Source: an uncultured virus (IMG/VR IMGVR_UViG_3300020727_000006)
Lineage: Duplodnaviria > Heunggongvirae > Uroviricota > Caudoviricetes
Length of the DNA stretch: 64,000 bases
Direction: 5' to 3' (one strand)
IMG/VR virus record: IMGVR_UViG_3300020727_000006
Each line of letters opens with the position of its first letter. The first letter of the stretch is position 1. The notes under the pieces were generated by a model. It was given only the letters and a program-made list of their open reading frames with translations. It was not told where the DNA came from and ran no database searches. Made by a program: the position numbers and the translations under genes. This document shows, piece after piece, positions 1 through 9,694 of the stretch.

Positions 1-3000
1 CCTCAATCATATCATATGGCGCAGTGCCATTGATTTTTACAACATTTTCACCGTCTTCATTTTCCAAGAAACCATCAACTGGACCAGACCCAAGTGGTGC
101 AACAGGCTTACGACGCTCTTGAGCAGTGCGTAATTCTTTTACAAGTTGTTCTTTGTCAATAGTGCCAGCAGTATATTTGGCAAACAATTGCATAGTGTTA
201 TCTTTTTCACTAATGCCGCCGCTTACAAACTTATACAATTTCTTTTGATATTCTTGGCGAGCATCTTCGGTATTAGCGGCTGCTCCCATAACACGAACAT
301 AGCGCAACATAGTCTTGCGAATTTCTTCGTATTGCTCAAAGTAATTACCGCCAGCACTACGGAACTCAATATAGTTTGGCTTGATGTTTACGCTAACATA
401 ACGGTCGCCACGAGGAACCAACAGTTTATTGATTTCTTTTTTGGCAATATCTTCCAATCCACCACGCATCTTATCAAGGATAGCAGGGATATTCTTTCTG
501 CCACTTCTGCCACGCACTTCACGCTTGGCTTGATCAAAACTACTCTTAGTCCATCGTGAACCAGCACGACCAAATGCTTTTAACACATACTCATCGCCAA
601 GCAACATGATTACTTTAAGATGGTCAATGTTTTCCATTGTTTGTAGTGGAATAGATACGCCAATATGGAAACCTGTTGTGCGGTTGGTATAATAATCATT
701 ACTCTTTGCCCAACTGAATACATTCTCTAACGCAGCCAACGCATCTTCTAGGTTCATTGGGGGTGATACAAGTTCAATACCACCATCTCCATCATTGTTT
801 GGACTATCAAGCGAACTATCTGGTTCAAATATCCAAGTTGTTTCATCACGGCTTGCTCCGTGATAACCGCCGCTTGCTCGTACCTTATAGCCAGTTGTGC
901 GTCTAAAATCATCAACGACATCGCCAATGTCTGTTGTTGGTTCTTCTCTACTGCTGCTAAATGTATAATGCGGCCAAGTTAGCGATTCACGAGTATTGCG
1001 ATTTACCCAACGCATCCAATCATACATATCACCAATGTTATTGCGATAAAGGAATTGACGCCAAATACCTTCTTCGTTTTCGCTCATCCAATTTTCACGA
1101 ACGCTGTCTTTGGCATCATCAAGTTCACGCTCACTTGCTTCGCCCATAGGCGTATCGCCTAATTCTTCTTGAATTGCATCTTTCCAATCGTCTGTATTTT
1201 CATAATTATCGTCATAATATTCAGATTGATAATCACTAAATGCTTCATAGAAAGATTCTAGCGCACTTTCAACATCACGGCGGGTATTGTGATCGCCAGC
1301 AAAAAAATCCATAACATCACGCTGACGATCACGATATGAAGCCGTGCCAGGAAAATCCTCATTGGCATCCATATCCTCTTCTTCTTCCTCTTCGCCTTCT
1401 TCGCCACCAAGACCAGGAATATACATTTCGGTTTCAAAGCCAACTTTCATACTCTTGGCAAATGGTGTATCGGCAAACTTTTCAAGAGATGTAGGACTCA
1501 TGTTGATTTCGTTTAGGATACTTTCTTCAAGGCTTTCTTCTCTGTTTGGAACTTCTCTTATATCCCAAGGTGCTGCTAAATTATGTTCATCAGCATAACT
1601 TACAGCATAGCGACGAGCACCAGTTAAACTTGCAGCGTTAAAGGTATGAACAACATGACCTTGATTATCTATAATATTATATGTTGTGCCATTTGTAGCA
1701 GTAATGTTAGAAGATGTGGCGGTTGCATTTGCTGAAATAGCATTGCCCGCAATATCATAACCACGATCTATTTCTAACTGTGAATATTGGCGAGGTGGTT
1801 CTGCTGCTGTTGGCTGTGAGGTTGGTATACCACGAATTAGTTGACCATTTAAGTCCCAGGTACTGTTATTTCCCGGCGATCTAATAGCAATATTAGCCAC
1901 ATCAATATGGTTCTGTTCTGCCCATCTTCTTGCGTTTTGTGATGCGCCATAAAAACCTGCTGCCTGAAATGATACTATTTCTCGACCATTACTTCTACTT
2001 ACGATACTATAAAGGGAATCACTTGATGCTGTTGCTGCTTGTGGCAATTGTAGTGCCTGTGTACCAGCACCAGGTATTGGTGTATTTGTGTCATCACTTG
2101 CAAGGGTTAGAAACCAATCAATATCACGATAACCGTATTCACGGGTCATACGAACAGCAATATCTCGTGCTTGCTCATCATTTGGCGCACGAAACTGTGT
2201 AACCGCCATTTGATTATTTGCTAAGCGAATCATATACATTGGTTGCATAGATAATACAGGTCGTTCACCGCCAATTGATAATGGTTGGCGTGTTAGAATA
2301 TCACCTGCTTGACCATCACGGGTATCTTTTAACGCAACTAAGTCAAATGAACGACCACTTGCTCGCACTATGCGTGCGGCAATATCATATACATCACTGT
2401 AAGTAATTCTTGGAGATACTACAAATTCTTGAATTACGCCACCAGTTATACGACTAATAATCTGGAATGTAATACCACCAATGCCATCGTAATCTACATG
2501 CGGTTCATCATCAGCCGCTTGTTTAGCATACGGATCACTTGACTGTGCTTTTGCTTTCTTAGCAAAATCACGCTTGCTTTGTGCATTTTTGATATAACTT
2601 ACAAGTGCTGTGCGAGGCATATTTCCAGTAGCAAACTGTGTAAAATACTTGATAGTATCGGTTTCGTCTTTTTTATCAGCAGTAAGTAGTTTTGCAAACT
2701 TCTTTTGATATTCTTTGCGTTCCATTTCTGGATGCAGCGCAATGTTCATAGCATATACGACACGAAGCAGCGTATTCACTACTTCATCGGTATCCATATC
2801 AATCCAATTGCCGCCTGGTGAACGAAACTCTACACGATTATCTTTTGTATTGATAGAGGTAAACTTGTCAGTATAACCATTGTGAATAAGTTTGGATGCT
2901 ACGGTATTCAAGTTCTTACGCATAGCATCAACGGCTTGGTCTGCCTTGCTTGGATTTTGTTTAATGAATGATGCAATCTGGTCAAAAGCACTGCGAGCAT

Positions 3001-4033
3001 AAGAATTACCAAGACGACCAAACTTTTCTAAAATATACTTGTCGCCTAAAAATAACGCAAGTTTAACATAGTCAAGTTTATCTAACTGATAACCTGGTAT
3101 AGAGATATTCATATGCAGACCAGTTTTATCATTGGTATAAGCATTGCCATCTTTTGCCCAAGCCTTGACCTTATTGATTTGGTCAATCATTGTTGGAATA
3201 TCAAGTGGTGGTGATACAAACTCTAAACCTTCGCCGCCTTTGCCACGAGTAGGTGATAGACTGCTATCTGGTTCAATAACATACGCATCATTTGGCTTTG
3301 TAATACCGTGATAAGAGCCGCTCTTAATAGTCTTCATGCCAACAGCACGACGGAAATCACCTACATCAACCGTAGAACGAGTTCTGCGATCATATTCATC
3401 AGGTTCTGTCCAGTGTGGCCAAGATAAAGAAAGAGCACCATCACTTGCCAAGTCATTCATGTAATTACCACCATAGGTATCTTCTAAAAATTTTTCCAGA
3501 TAATCGTCTATGTTATCATCATCTTCAATATTATCTACCCAAGTTTGGAAATATCTCTTTCTAAACTCTTCATATGGATCAATTTTTTCTATTTCACTGA
3601 ACAGTTCTTCTTGATTTTTATAATCACGACCATAGTTTTTGTCAATAAAATCTTGGATACGGTCACCAGCATAGGTATCCCATAGCGGACCATCAAGATA
3701 ATCGTGCCATGCTTGCTTCATAATATCGATTGCACGATTTACTTCACGACGGCTGTTATGATCGCCATAAAAGAATTGCATAACATCTTGTGCTAATGCG
3801 TTCCAACTCGCAGTAGATATACGCTCGTCCATATCATAATCTGGTTCGGATTCAAAGTCTTCATATGGATCATAATCATCGTCCTCTTCTTCTTCAAGAT
3901 TAGTGACGATAAGTTCAAATTCAAGACCTGCTTTTGCATTTGGAATCTTTGCCACTGCCGCACGAAGGGCTGCTGGCGACATGTTTACTTCGTTTAGGAT
4001 TTCTTCAAGGATCAGGTCTTTATCGTTTTTCAT
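1..4033 (-). CDS. Giant multidomain protein (at least 1344 aa, 3' end outside window) with two tandem putative amidoligase (COOH-NH2 ligase) domains
   Basis: ATG at 4033 gives MKNDKDLILEEILNEVNMSP...AGLEFE. Domain 1 has IEPDSSL, GLEFVSPP, TGLHMNIS, VEFRSPGG. Domain 2 is in the same frame (ATG at 1501: ILNEINMSP...VGFETE, FEPDSSL, IELVSPPM, TGFHIGVS, IEFRSAGG). The frame is still open at base 2, which explains its absence from the ORF track. Confidence 0.9.
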   Translation of the reverse strand, partial: MKNDKDLILEEILNEVNMSPAALRAAVAKIPNAKAGLEFELIVTNLEEEEDDDYDPYEDFESEPDYDMDERISTASWNALAQDVMQFFYGDHNSRREVNRAIDIMKQAWHDYLDGPLWDTYAGDRIQDFIDKNYGRDYKNQEELFSEIEKIDPYEEFRKRYFQTWVDNIEDDDNIDDYLEKFLEDTYGGNYMNDLASDGALSLSWPHWTEPDEYDRRTRSTVDVGDFRRAVGMKTIKSGSYHGITKPNDAYVIEPDSSLSPTRGKGGEGLEFVSPPLDIPTMIDQINKVKAWAKDGNAYTNDKTGLHMNISIPGYQLDKLDYVKLALFLGDKYILEKFGRLGNSYARSAFDQIASFIKQNPSKADQAVDAMRKNLNTVASKLIHNGYTDKFTSINTKDNRVEFRSPGGNWIDMDTDEVVNTLLRVVYAMNIALHPEMERKEYQKKFAKLLTADKKDETDTIKYFTQFATGNMPRTALVSYIKNAQSKRDFAKKAKAQSSDPYAKQAADDEPHVDYDGIGGITFQIISRITGGVIQEFVVSPRITYSDVYDIAARIVRASGRSFDLVALKDTRDGQAGDILTRQPLSIGGERPVLSMQPMYMIRLANNQMAVTQFRAPNDEQARDIAVRMTREYGYRDIDWFLTLASDDTNTPIPGAGTQALQLPQAATASSDSLYSIVSRSNGREIVSFQAAGFYGASQNARRWAEQNHIDVANIAIRSPGNNSTWDLNGQLIRGIPTSQPTAAEPPRQYSQLEIDRGYDIAGNAISANATATSSNITATNGTTYNIIDNQGHVVHTFNAASLTGARRYAVSYADEHNLAAPWDIREVPNREESLEESILNEINMSPTSLEKFADTPFAKSMKVGFETEMYIPGLGGEEGEEEEEEDMDANEDFPGTASYRDRQRDVMDFFAGDHNTRRDVESALESFYEAFSDYQSEYYDDNYENTDDWKDAIQEELGDTPMGEASERELDDAKDSVRENWMSENEEGIWRQFLYRNNIGDMYDWMRWVNRNTRESLTWPHYTFSSSREEPTTDIGDVVDDFRRTTGYKVRASGGYHGASRDETTWIFEPDSSLDSPNNDGDGGIELVSPPMNLEDALAALENVFSWAKSNDYYTNRTTGFHIGVSIPLQTMENIDHLKVIMLLGDEYVLKAFGRAGSRWTKSSFDQAKREVRGRSGRKNIPAILDKMRGGLEDIAKKEINKLLVPRGDRYVSVNIKPNYIEFRSAGGNYFEQYEEIRKTMLRYVRVMGAAANTEDARQEYQKKLYKFVSGGISEKDNTMQLFAKYTAGTIDKEQLVKELRTAQERRKPVAPLGSGPVDGFLENEDGENVVKINGTAPYDMIE

Positions 4034-4048
4034 TTATATATTTACCTG

Positions 4049-7000
4049 TTATTGTATCCATCCACCAGAAGCTGGCTTGTTTAAAAGTTGTGGTGGTAGA
4101 CTATGATCATCTGGTTCAATAAAAAAATCTTTAAGTTGATATCTTTCAGTTTTTACCCATGCTATTGCCCATTCAAGTGCTTTACTTGGTGATGTAAACT
4201 TTAACCCTTGTGGACCAAAATTGCTGCCATATGGTGGGTCACCTAGCCATATTCTATATACTTTATTCTTTGCATCTGCTGCTGCTTGTGCTTTATCTAC
4301 TTGACGCTTCTGCAAGCGCATTTTTAACACATTTTGGTCAATCAACCCGCTGGCATACATTGTAAAGTTAGTAAGTTGGTCATCGCCTTGTGGAATATGT
4401 TTAGCAATCATTGCATAAAGTTTTTTAGCATATTCTTCACGGTATGCTTGTGGGTCAGCCGCAATTGCCATTACTTGAACATACCGCAGCACAGTATTCT
4501 TGATGTCGTCTATATGTTCCATGAAGTTGCCGCCAGCACTGCGGAACTCAATGTAATTTCTTTTTATATTAACACTTACATAACGATCATTGTCCATTGA
4601 ACGATTTATAATTTCTTTTGCAACTTTTTCTAAGTTGATGCGCAGTTTTCTTGCATAGTCTTGTGATGTTGTTGCGCCGCCTCGTTTTTTAAATAACTTT
4701 TGTATTTGTGTAAACATGCTTTTAGTATATGCATTACTGCTGCGGTCAAATAGATTTAACACATACTGATCGCCAAGCAATATAATAACTTTTAGTGGGT
4801 CAACTTTTTCTTGTAAATCTTCTGGCAAACTAACTCCGACATGGAAACCAGTCGATGCATTACCATAATACCCATTTTGAGCAGCCCACATAAAAAATTT
4901 ATCTAGTGCTGCCATGCCTTGTTGCAGCGGCATTGGCGGTGAAACAAGTTCGATGCCGTTGTCATCGCCACTAATAGAACTATCTGGTTCAAGAATCCAA
5001 CTAATAGCATCGCGTTTTGCGCCATGGTATCCGCTACTAATTTTTGTTTTAAATCCGCTATATTCATTCCAATTCTTTGCAAGTTGCGCTATCGTTATCA
5101 CGCCACTAGGTTGCATATTTGGTTTTAAATAAGGGAACCATGCTCCGCCACCGCCGTATTCTGCATATTTTAAAACCCAATCGGATATGTTTTTAACATT
5201 TTCTGACTTTAGAAATTTTTTCCATTGCTTTTCATAATCTTCTGTGGAAAGTTCATTTATTGTTTTTGTAAAAAATATTGCTCGCGCCCGTGCACCCAAT
5301 CCATATGGATTGTTTGGTTCATCGGCAATTCTATCTCTTATCTCTCGCTGGCCTGACCAACCACTTCTGCGCCCGCCAAGATCGTCGTAGATTTTTTTAG
5401 CAATTACTTTTAAATTTTCTGGTTTCAGCATTTCATCAATCATGCTAGGATTTTTCTCAACTATATAATCAATGAATGACTGTTTCAAGGTCAATAAGTC
5501 ATCATTTATTGCTGACAAATCACTTTCATCAGTACCAGCATCCTTATACCAGTTTAAGACTTCATCTTGCCATGTTTTAGTAATTGGAAATCTGATATCT
5601 TTAGTCATGTCCCAATTTCTTGCATCTTGGCGAGGATCAGATTCATCGTCATCTTCATCTTCTAAACCAGGTACTAGCATTTCTGCTTCAAATCCAATAG
5701 TCATTGCTTGTGCTTGCGGAGTTGCGGCAAACTTTGCCAATGAACCAGGTGACATGTTTACTTCATCAAGCTCACCGACATAATCTACTTCGCTGCCGCC
5801 TGTATCTGGCTGAACCCAACGGTCCCAAGGAAAAACCGCTACCTGACGGTCAGGATAATCATTACCACCGCCCACCGTGCCAATAATGCTGCCAGCATGT
5901 TCACCAACAGAACTTGGACCAAGCAACTGCATAAATTTTGTTTTTTCTTGTGGCATGCTAAAATCATGACTTGAAGTTGCATTTCCTCTATTGCCATCAT
6001 AAACATCTACGGCAATATGTGGTCTTGATAGTGCAGATGCTGCATACACTCTATATAGTTTTTTAAGACTACCTAATGTTCCTTCTAGAAAAAATGTATT
6101 GGGAAGATTTACAAAACGAACATATCCTTGGGTAAATGCTTCTTCATATCCATCAATGTCGTTATCATAAAGCCATGACAGATGTTCTTCTGAACCAACA
6201 TATTCAACTTTTCGGTTAGGCAATATCCAACCATGTGTTTCATACTGGTCAAGTGCTTCTTCAATACTTTCTTTTTTGGCAGTGGCAGCACGGATTTTAG
6301 CAATAGCACTTTGTGCGGCATTATCACTCTTGGCTGGTTGTTGTGCCTCTGCATCCCACTTCTTATGCAAGAATGTCAGCAAATCTTTAATATCTTTGGC
6401 ACCAATCTTACGCATCGCAGCGATAATCTTAGTAGCAGTTTCATATCCACTATTGCCTGGCTTGCGAGCATTAGTAATTTCATTACGCAGTCCAAGGTCA
6501 TCAGCAAACTGACCGCCGTTCCAATAGGTTAAACTATAACGCAATTTATTTGCTTCTTTAGATAGCTCACTGCGGCTTTTCTTAAAGATAAGTTCCAACC
6601 AAGGAGCAAGATATTTCTTACCATTAAAGGTGCTTATATAACCTGTTTTCTTTTGACCACGAATTAACTCTTTAGCACTACTAACAGATATTGCTCGCTT
6701 TGTATCTTGTAATTTCCACGCATTTTCATTGCTATAAAGATAAGTTGGTAATCCGCGCTTCTTTGCCACAATCATCAATTGACGAGTGGTTGGACTTGCA
6801 AATTCACCTGCTTCTTTAAGCAAGATATGAATTGCTGTGATGGCATCTGCTGGTATAGATGGCTCACGAGAGAAAATACGGTCTTCACTTTCACTGTGCT
6901 TTTGCTTATCAAATCCTGCCCAATAATCAATTGCCTTCACAGGATAACGACGATTAAACCAATTGCCATCAAGATTAAACATAACGGCAGTGCCACCAGT

Positions 7001-9013
7001 AAACTCGTGATAGCCACCTACTTTGCTACGAGTAGTAGATAGAAAATAGTTATAACTTTTCGGCGCATACTGGTCTTCTACACTGCCAGTAGAAATGCTT
7101 AACATAAACTCATTGTTTTTAAGAATGTTTAATGCTGCACCCACACTGCCTGTATAATGGAACAACACTGGTGATGCTGCTTCGTCCAGACTTTCTGTTT
7201 CTTCTAAATCTTTACGATGACTACGCTTGTAATAACTGCACCAACCATTTGCCGCAATCTTGCCACTAACAGCCGAACAACCATGCGGAGGACGCCACAT
7301 AGTGCAGTGATCACAACGCTGACCATTGTGTGGCATAGCCTGATACTTTGCAACTGCTTTGGTTGACTTTTCTGCGGCTTCTTCAACTTTTCTTTTACTA
7401 ATTTCTTCAATATCACTATCGGGAACTAATCTTGCAGGTATACTATCTTTCTTAAGTGTTTTATAAGCCCAAAATCTATGATGCCCATCTAATACTTGAT
7501 ATCCACCTTTGTATTTGCGAACTAAAATAGGTGGTATATTTTCATTCTTCTTTAAACCATCTATAATTTTCGCAACATTTGCTTGGGCTTTTGGTAATTT
7601 CATCTTTTCATCTGGTTCAAACCCAACAAGTTCTTTCGTAGGAACATTAATTATAGGTAAACTGTCAAAACCGCTATCATCTACTTCTGCTCCAAAGTAA
7701 TCGGGATCAGTATAAAGTTTTACTTTGCCTTCTTTAACAGGATAAGTTGGCAATCCACGCAAATCAAGATTTGTGCCGTGTGTAGAGCCATAATAACCAT
7801 AAGGTTCTGTGATATCATGTTCTTCAAACTGTGCTGAATCAAAACCACGATTCCATAGCTTAGCTGCCTTGCTTCCAGTTTCATATGGATTTTGAGCACG
7901 AACATTCATACCATTAGTTTTAGATTTTAGTCCTGTAAGAAACCCTTCATGATATGGATCAGCATCACTTTCTGGTTCATTGCCCCATTCACCTTCAATG
8001 CCTGGCGCTTCTGTCATAATGCCCATTGCCTTCAACATAGCACGAGCAACTACACGATCTTTTTCTTTTTCTACTTCTGGCAACTGTGCATAAGTTTGTT
8101 GGGCAAGAGCATAACGCTTCTTTTTCTTATCGGGAATGGTTGGCGTATCTAACTGCAATTTGCCCATATAATCAGCCACGGCAGTCTTATTCCAACCATC
8201 GTGAATGGCACCAGCAATTGCTTCTACATCAGTAATACCACTAACAATCATACGCTTGGCAGCAGTGGCACTTTCAATATTTGCTAACCAACCAAAGTTA
8301 GCACCTGGTGTTGATAGACCATAATGATAGGCATCATCTAATGCCTTATCGCTAATGTGTGCAAGTTGTTCTACTGATAAACTTTCGGTAATAATGCTTT
8401 CATTGACAGATTCATTTTCGAGCGGGTCTTCTGGTAGATTAAGACCTAAACGCACGGTTTGGAATAGCGTTTTACCATCAACGACGAGGTTTTGTGGAAC
8501 TTGGGTTGCTCTTTCAAAGGCATCTGGGTCACCGTCTTTTGCTGCTTGTCTGGCATTTGTTGCATTTAGAATTCTTGGTGATTCCATAAAACTAAATGGT
8601 TCAAACTTATAAAAACCTTGTTCCATTTGCTTGCCATTATAATCTTCTAATAACTTGCGTAGTTGTGGCATATCATCTTCACCAGCAACAAAAGTTGCAC
8701 TACGAAATCCCTTTTCATAAAGATAAACTGCTGCTTGCATAATGGTTCTTATATTTGGATCAACTACAAGATGGTTTTTTGTTTCTGGATATAATGCATG
8801 TAACCATTTTACTTTTTGGTCGTAGGTAAGTGGATTTTTTTTACTATCGTGTGTTTTTGTCACAAATATTGCCCAAGCACCTGCTTTTGCTGTTGCCTTG
8901 ACAGTGTTAATAACTCCCATATGACCTCTGTGGGGCGGCTGCATGCGTCCCCAACAAAAACTAATGTGTGGATTAGGGGCTTCTGTAAATACAGTTCTGT
9001 GGCTCAAAGTCAT
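4049..9013 (-). CDS. 1654-aa multidomain (poly)protein: cytidylyltransferase-like, RyR-like, RMF-like, ParB/Srx, HiPIP, ART-like, unknown and amidoligase modules
   Basis: GRMQPPHRGH (HxGH); YAQLPEVEKEKDR; YHEGF..NPY..WNRGF; PPILV..VLDGHHR; CDHC..C..GWC; FHYT..STTRS..ESEDR; IGFEAE..EPDSS..ELVSPP..TGFHVGVS..IEFRSAGG. Confidence 0.85.
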   Translation of the reverse strand: MTLSHRTVFTEAPNPHISFCWGRMQPPHRGHMGVINTVKATAKAGAWAIFVTKTHDSKKNPLTYDQKVKWLHALYPETKNHLVVDPNIRTIMQAAVYLYEKGFRSATFVAGEDDMPQLRKLLEDYNGKQMEQGFYKFEPFSFMESPRILNATNARQAAKDGDPDAFERATQVPQNLVVDGKTLFQTVRLGLNLPEDPLENESVNESIITESLSVEQLAHISDKALDDAYHYGLSTPGANFGWLANIESATAAKRMIVSGITDVEAIAGAIHDGWNKTAVADYMGKLQLDTPTIPDKKKKRYALAQQTYAQLPEVEKEKDRVVARAMLKAMGIMTEAPGIEGEWGNEPESDADPYHEGFLTGLKSKTNGMNVRAQNPYETGSKAAKLWNRGFDSAQFEEHDITEPYGYYGSTHGTNLDLRGLPTYPVKEGKVKLYTDPDYFGAEVDDSGFDSLPIINVPTKELVGFEPDEKMKLPKAQANVAKIIDGLKKNENIPPILVRKYKGGYQVLDGHHRFWAYKTLKKDSIPARLVPDSDIEEISKRKVEEAAEKSTKAVAKYQAMPHNGQRCDHCTMWRPPHGCSAVSGKIAANGWCSYYKRSHRKDLEETESLDEAASPVLFHYTGSVGAALNILKNNEFMLSISTGSVEDQYAPKSYNYFLSTTRSKVGGYHEFTGGTAVMFNLDGNWFNRRYPVKAIDYWAGFDKQKHSESEDRIFSREPSIPADAITAIHILLKEAGEFASPTTRQLMIVAKKRGLPTYLYSNENAWKLQDTKRAISVSSAKELIRGQKKTGYISTFNGKKYLAPWLELIFKKSRSELSKEANKLRYSLTYWNGGQFADDLGLRNEITNARKPGNSGYETATKIIAAMRKIGAKDIKDLLTFLHKKWDAEAQQPAKSDNAAQSAIAKIRAATAKKESIEEALDQYETHGWILPNRKVEYVGSEEHLSWLYDNDIDGYEEAFTQGYVRFVNLPNTFFLEGTLGSLKKLYRVYAASALSRPHIAVDVYDGNRGNATSSHDFSMPQEKTKFMQLLGPSSVGEHAGSIIGTVGGGNDYPDRQVAVFPWDRWVQPDTGGSEVDYVGELDEVNMSPGSLAKFAATPQAQAMTIGFEAEMLVPGLEDEDDDESDPRQDARNWDMTKDIRFPITKTWQDEVLNWYKDAGTDESDLSAINDDLLTLKQSFIDYIVEKNPSMIDEMLKPENLKVIAKKIYDDLGGRRSGWSGQREIRDRIADEPNNPYGLGARARAIFFTKTINELSTEDYEKQWKKFLKSENVKNISDWVLKYAEYGGGGAWFPYLKPNMQPSGVITIAQLAKNWNEYSGFKTKISSGYHGAKRDAISWILEPDSSISGDDNGIELVSPPMPLQQGMAALDKFFMWAAQNGYYGNASTGFHVGVSLPEDLQEKVDPLKVIILLGDQYVLNLFDRSSNAYTKSMFTQIQKLFKKRGGATTSQDYARKLRINLEKVAKEIINRSMDNDRYVSVNIKRNYIEFRSAGGNFMEHIDDIKNTVLRYVQVMAIAADPQAYREEYAKKLYAMIAKHIPQGDDQLTNFTMYASGLIDQNVLKMRLQKRQVDKAQAAADAKNKVYRIWLGDPPYGSNFGPQGLKFTSPSKALEWAIAWVKTERYQLKDFFIEPDDHSLPPQLLNKPASGGWIQ

Positions 9014-9043
9014 TATGTTATCCAGATAAATTATTTATCTGAA

Positions 9044-9694
9044 TTATACTTGACGATTTCTTTGTCGCAATGTCTCTGCAATTCTTGCTTTTAATTCCGC
9101 TGCTTTTTCTGGCCCATGTATTTCTTCAAATGTTTTTCCTTTTAATGCTTTACTAATATTTGCACGGTATTCATCTGATCTTGGTGGTTTTGATTTTCCT
9201 ATGTTTGCAGCACGAAGTTTTTCACGAGTTTCTTCTGAACGAGGTTTTCCTATTTTAGCAAGTCTTGCTGCTTCTGTATGTTCTTTTGGTCTTTTAATTC
9301 CATACATTGAGTTATTTTTTCCAGAAGTTAATATTGATAATTCTATTTTAATATATTCATAAACTCTGCCATGCGGTTTATATCTTCCAATATGTTTATC
9401 ATTTTTTCCTAAAAGATTAATAACTGCAAAACTCATTTTTTGTTTAAATTTTCCAAAAGTAATCTTTGTTAATAAACGATGGCAAATCCAATGCTCTCTT
9501 GCCGTCAATAAAACTTTATTCCATGATTCTTTTTTGTATTCTGGAAACCAACATTTTGGCAGTATATGATGTGCTTCATAATACACACCATTATTTTTCT
9601 TGCGATTTTGTAATTGTGCTGCTACAATAATAGCATAATACCAATGGGTATATTTGTTATCCAGAAACTGGTTCTGGTGGCTATAAATATTCAT
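9044..9694 (-). CDS. HNH homing endonuclease with NUMOD3-like repeats
   Basis: EAHHILPKC...NKVLLTAREHWICHRLL; C-terminal KPRSEETREKL / RSDEYRANIS repeats. Confidence 0.85.
   Translation of the reverse strand: MNIYSHQNQFLDNKYTHWYYAIIVAAQLQNRKKNNGVYYEAHHILPKCWFPEYKKESWNKVLLTAREHWICHRLLTKITFGKFKQKMSFAVINLLGKNDKHIGRYKPHGRVYEYIKIELSILTSGKNNSMYGIKRPKEHTEAARLAKIGKPRSEETREKLRAANIGKSKPPRSDEYRANISKALKGKTFEEIHGPEKAAELKARIAETLRQRNRQV

Noticed and set aside
1..4033. Apparent 4-kb non-coding gap or stop-codon recoding
   Set aside because: It is one open minus-strand frame running off the window. Genes elsewhere are full length in the standard code, and no suppressor tRNA was seen
146..8612. Many short plus-strand and off-frame ORFs in the track
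   Set aside because: They are shadows of the two giant minus-strand ORFs and have no motifs or RBS
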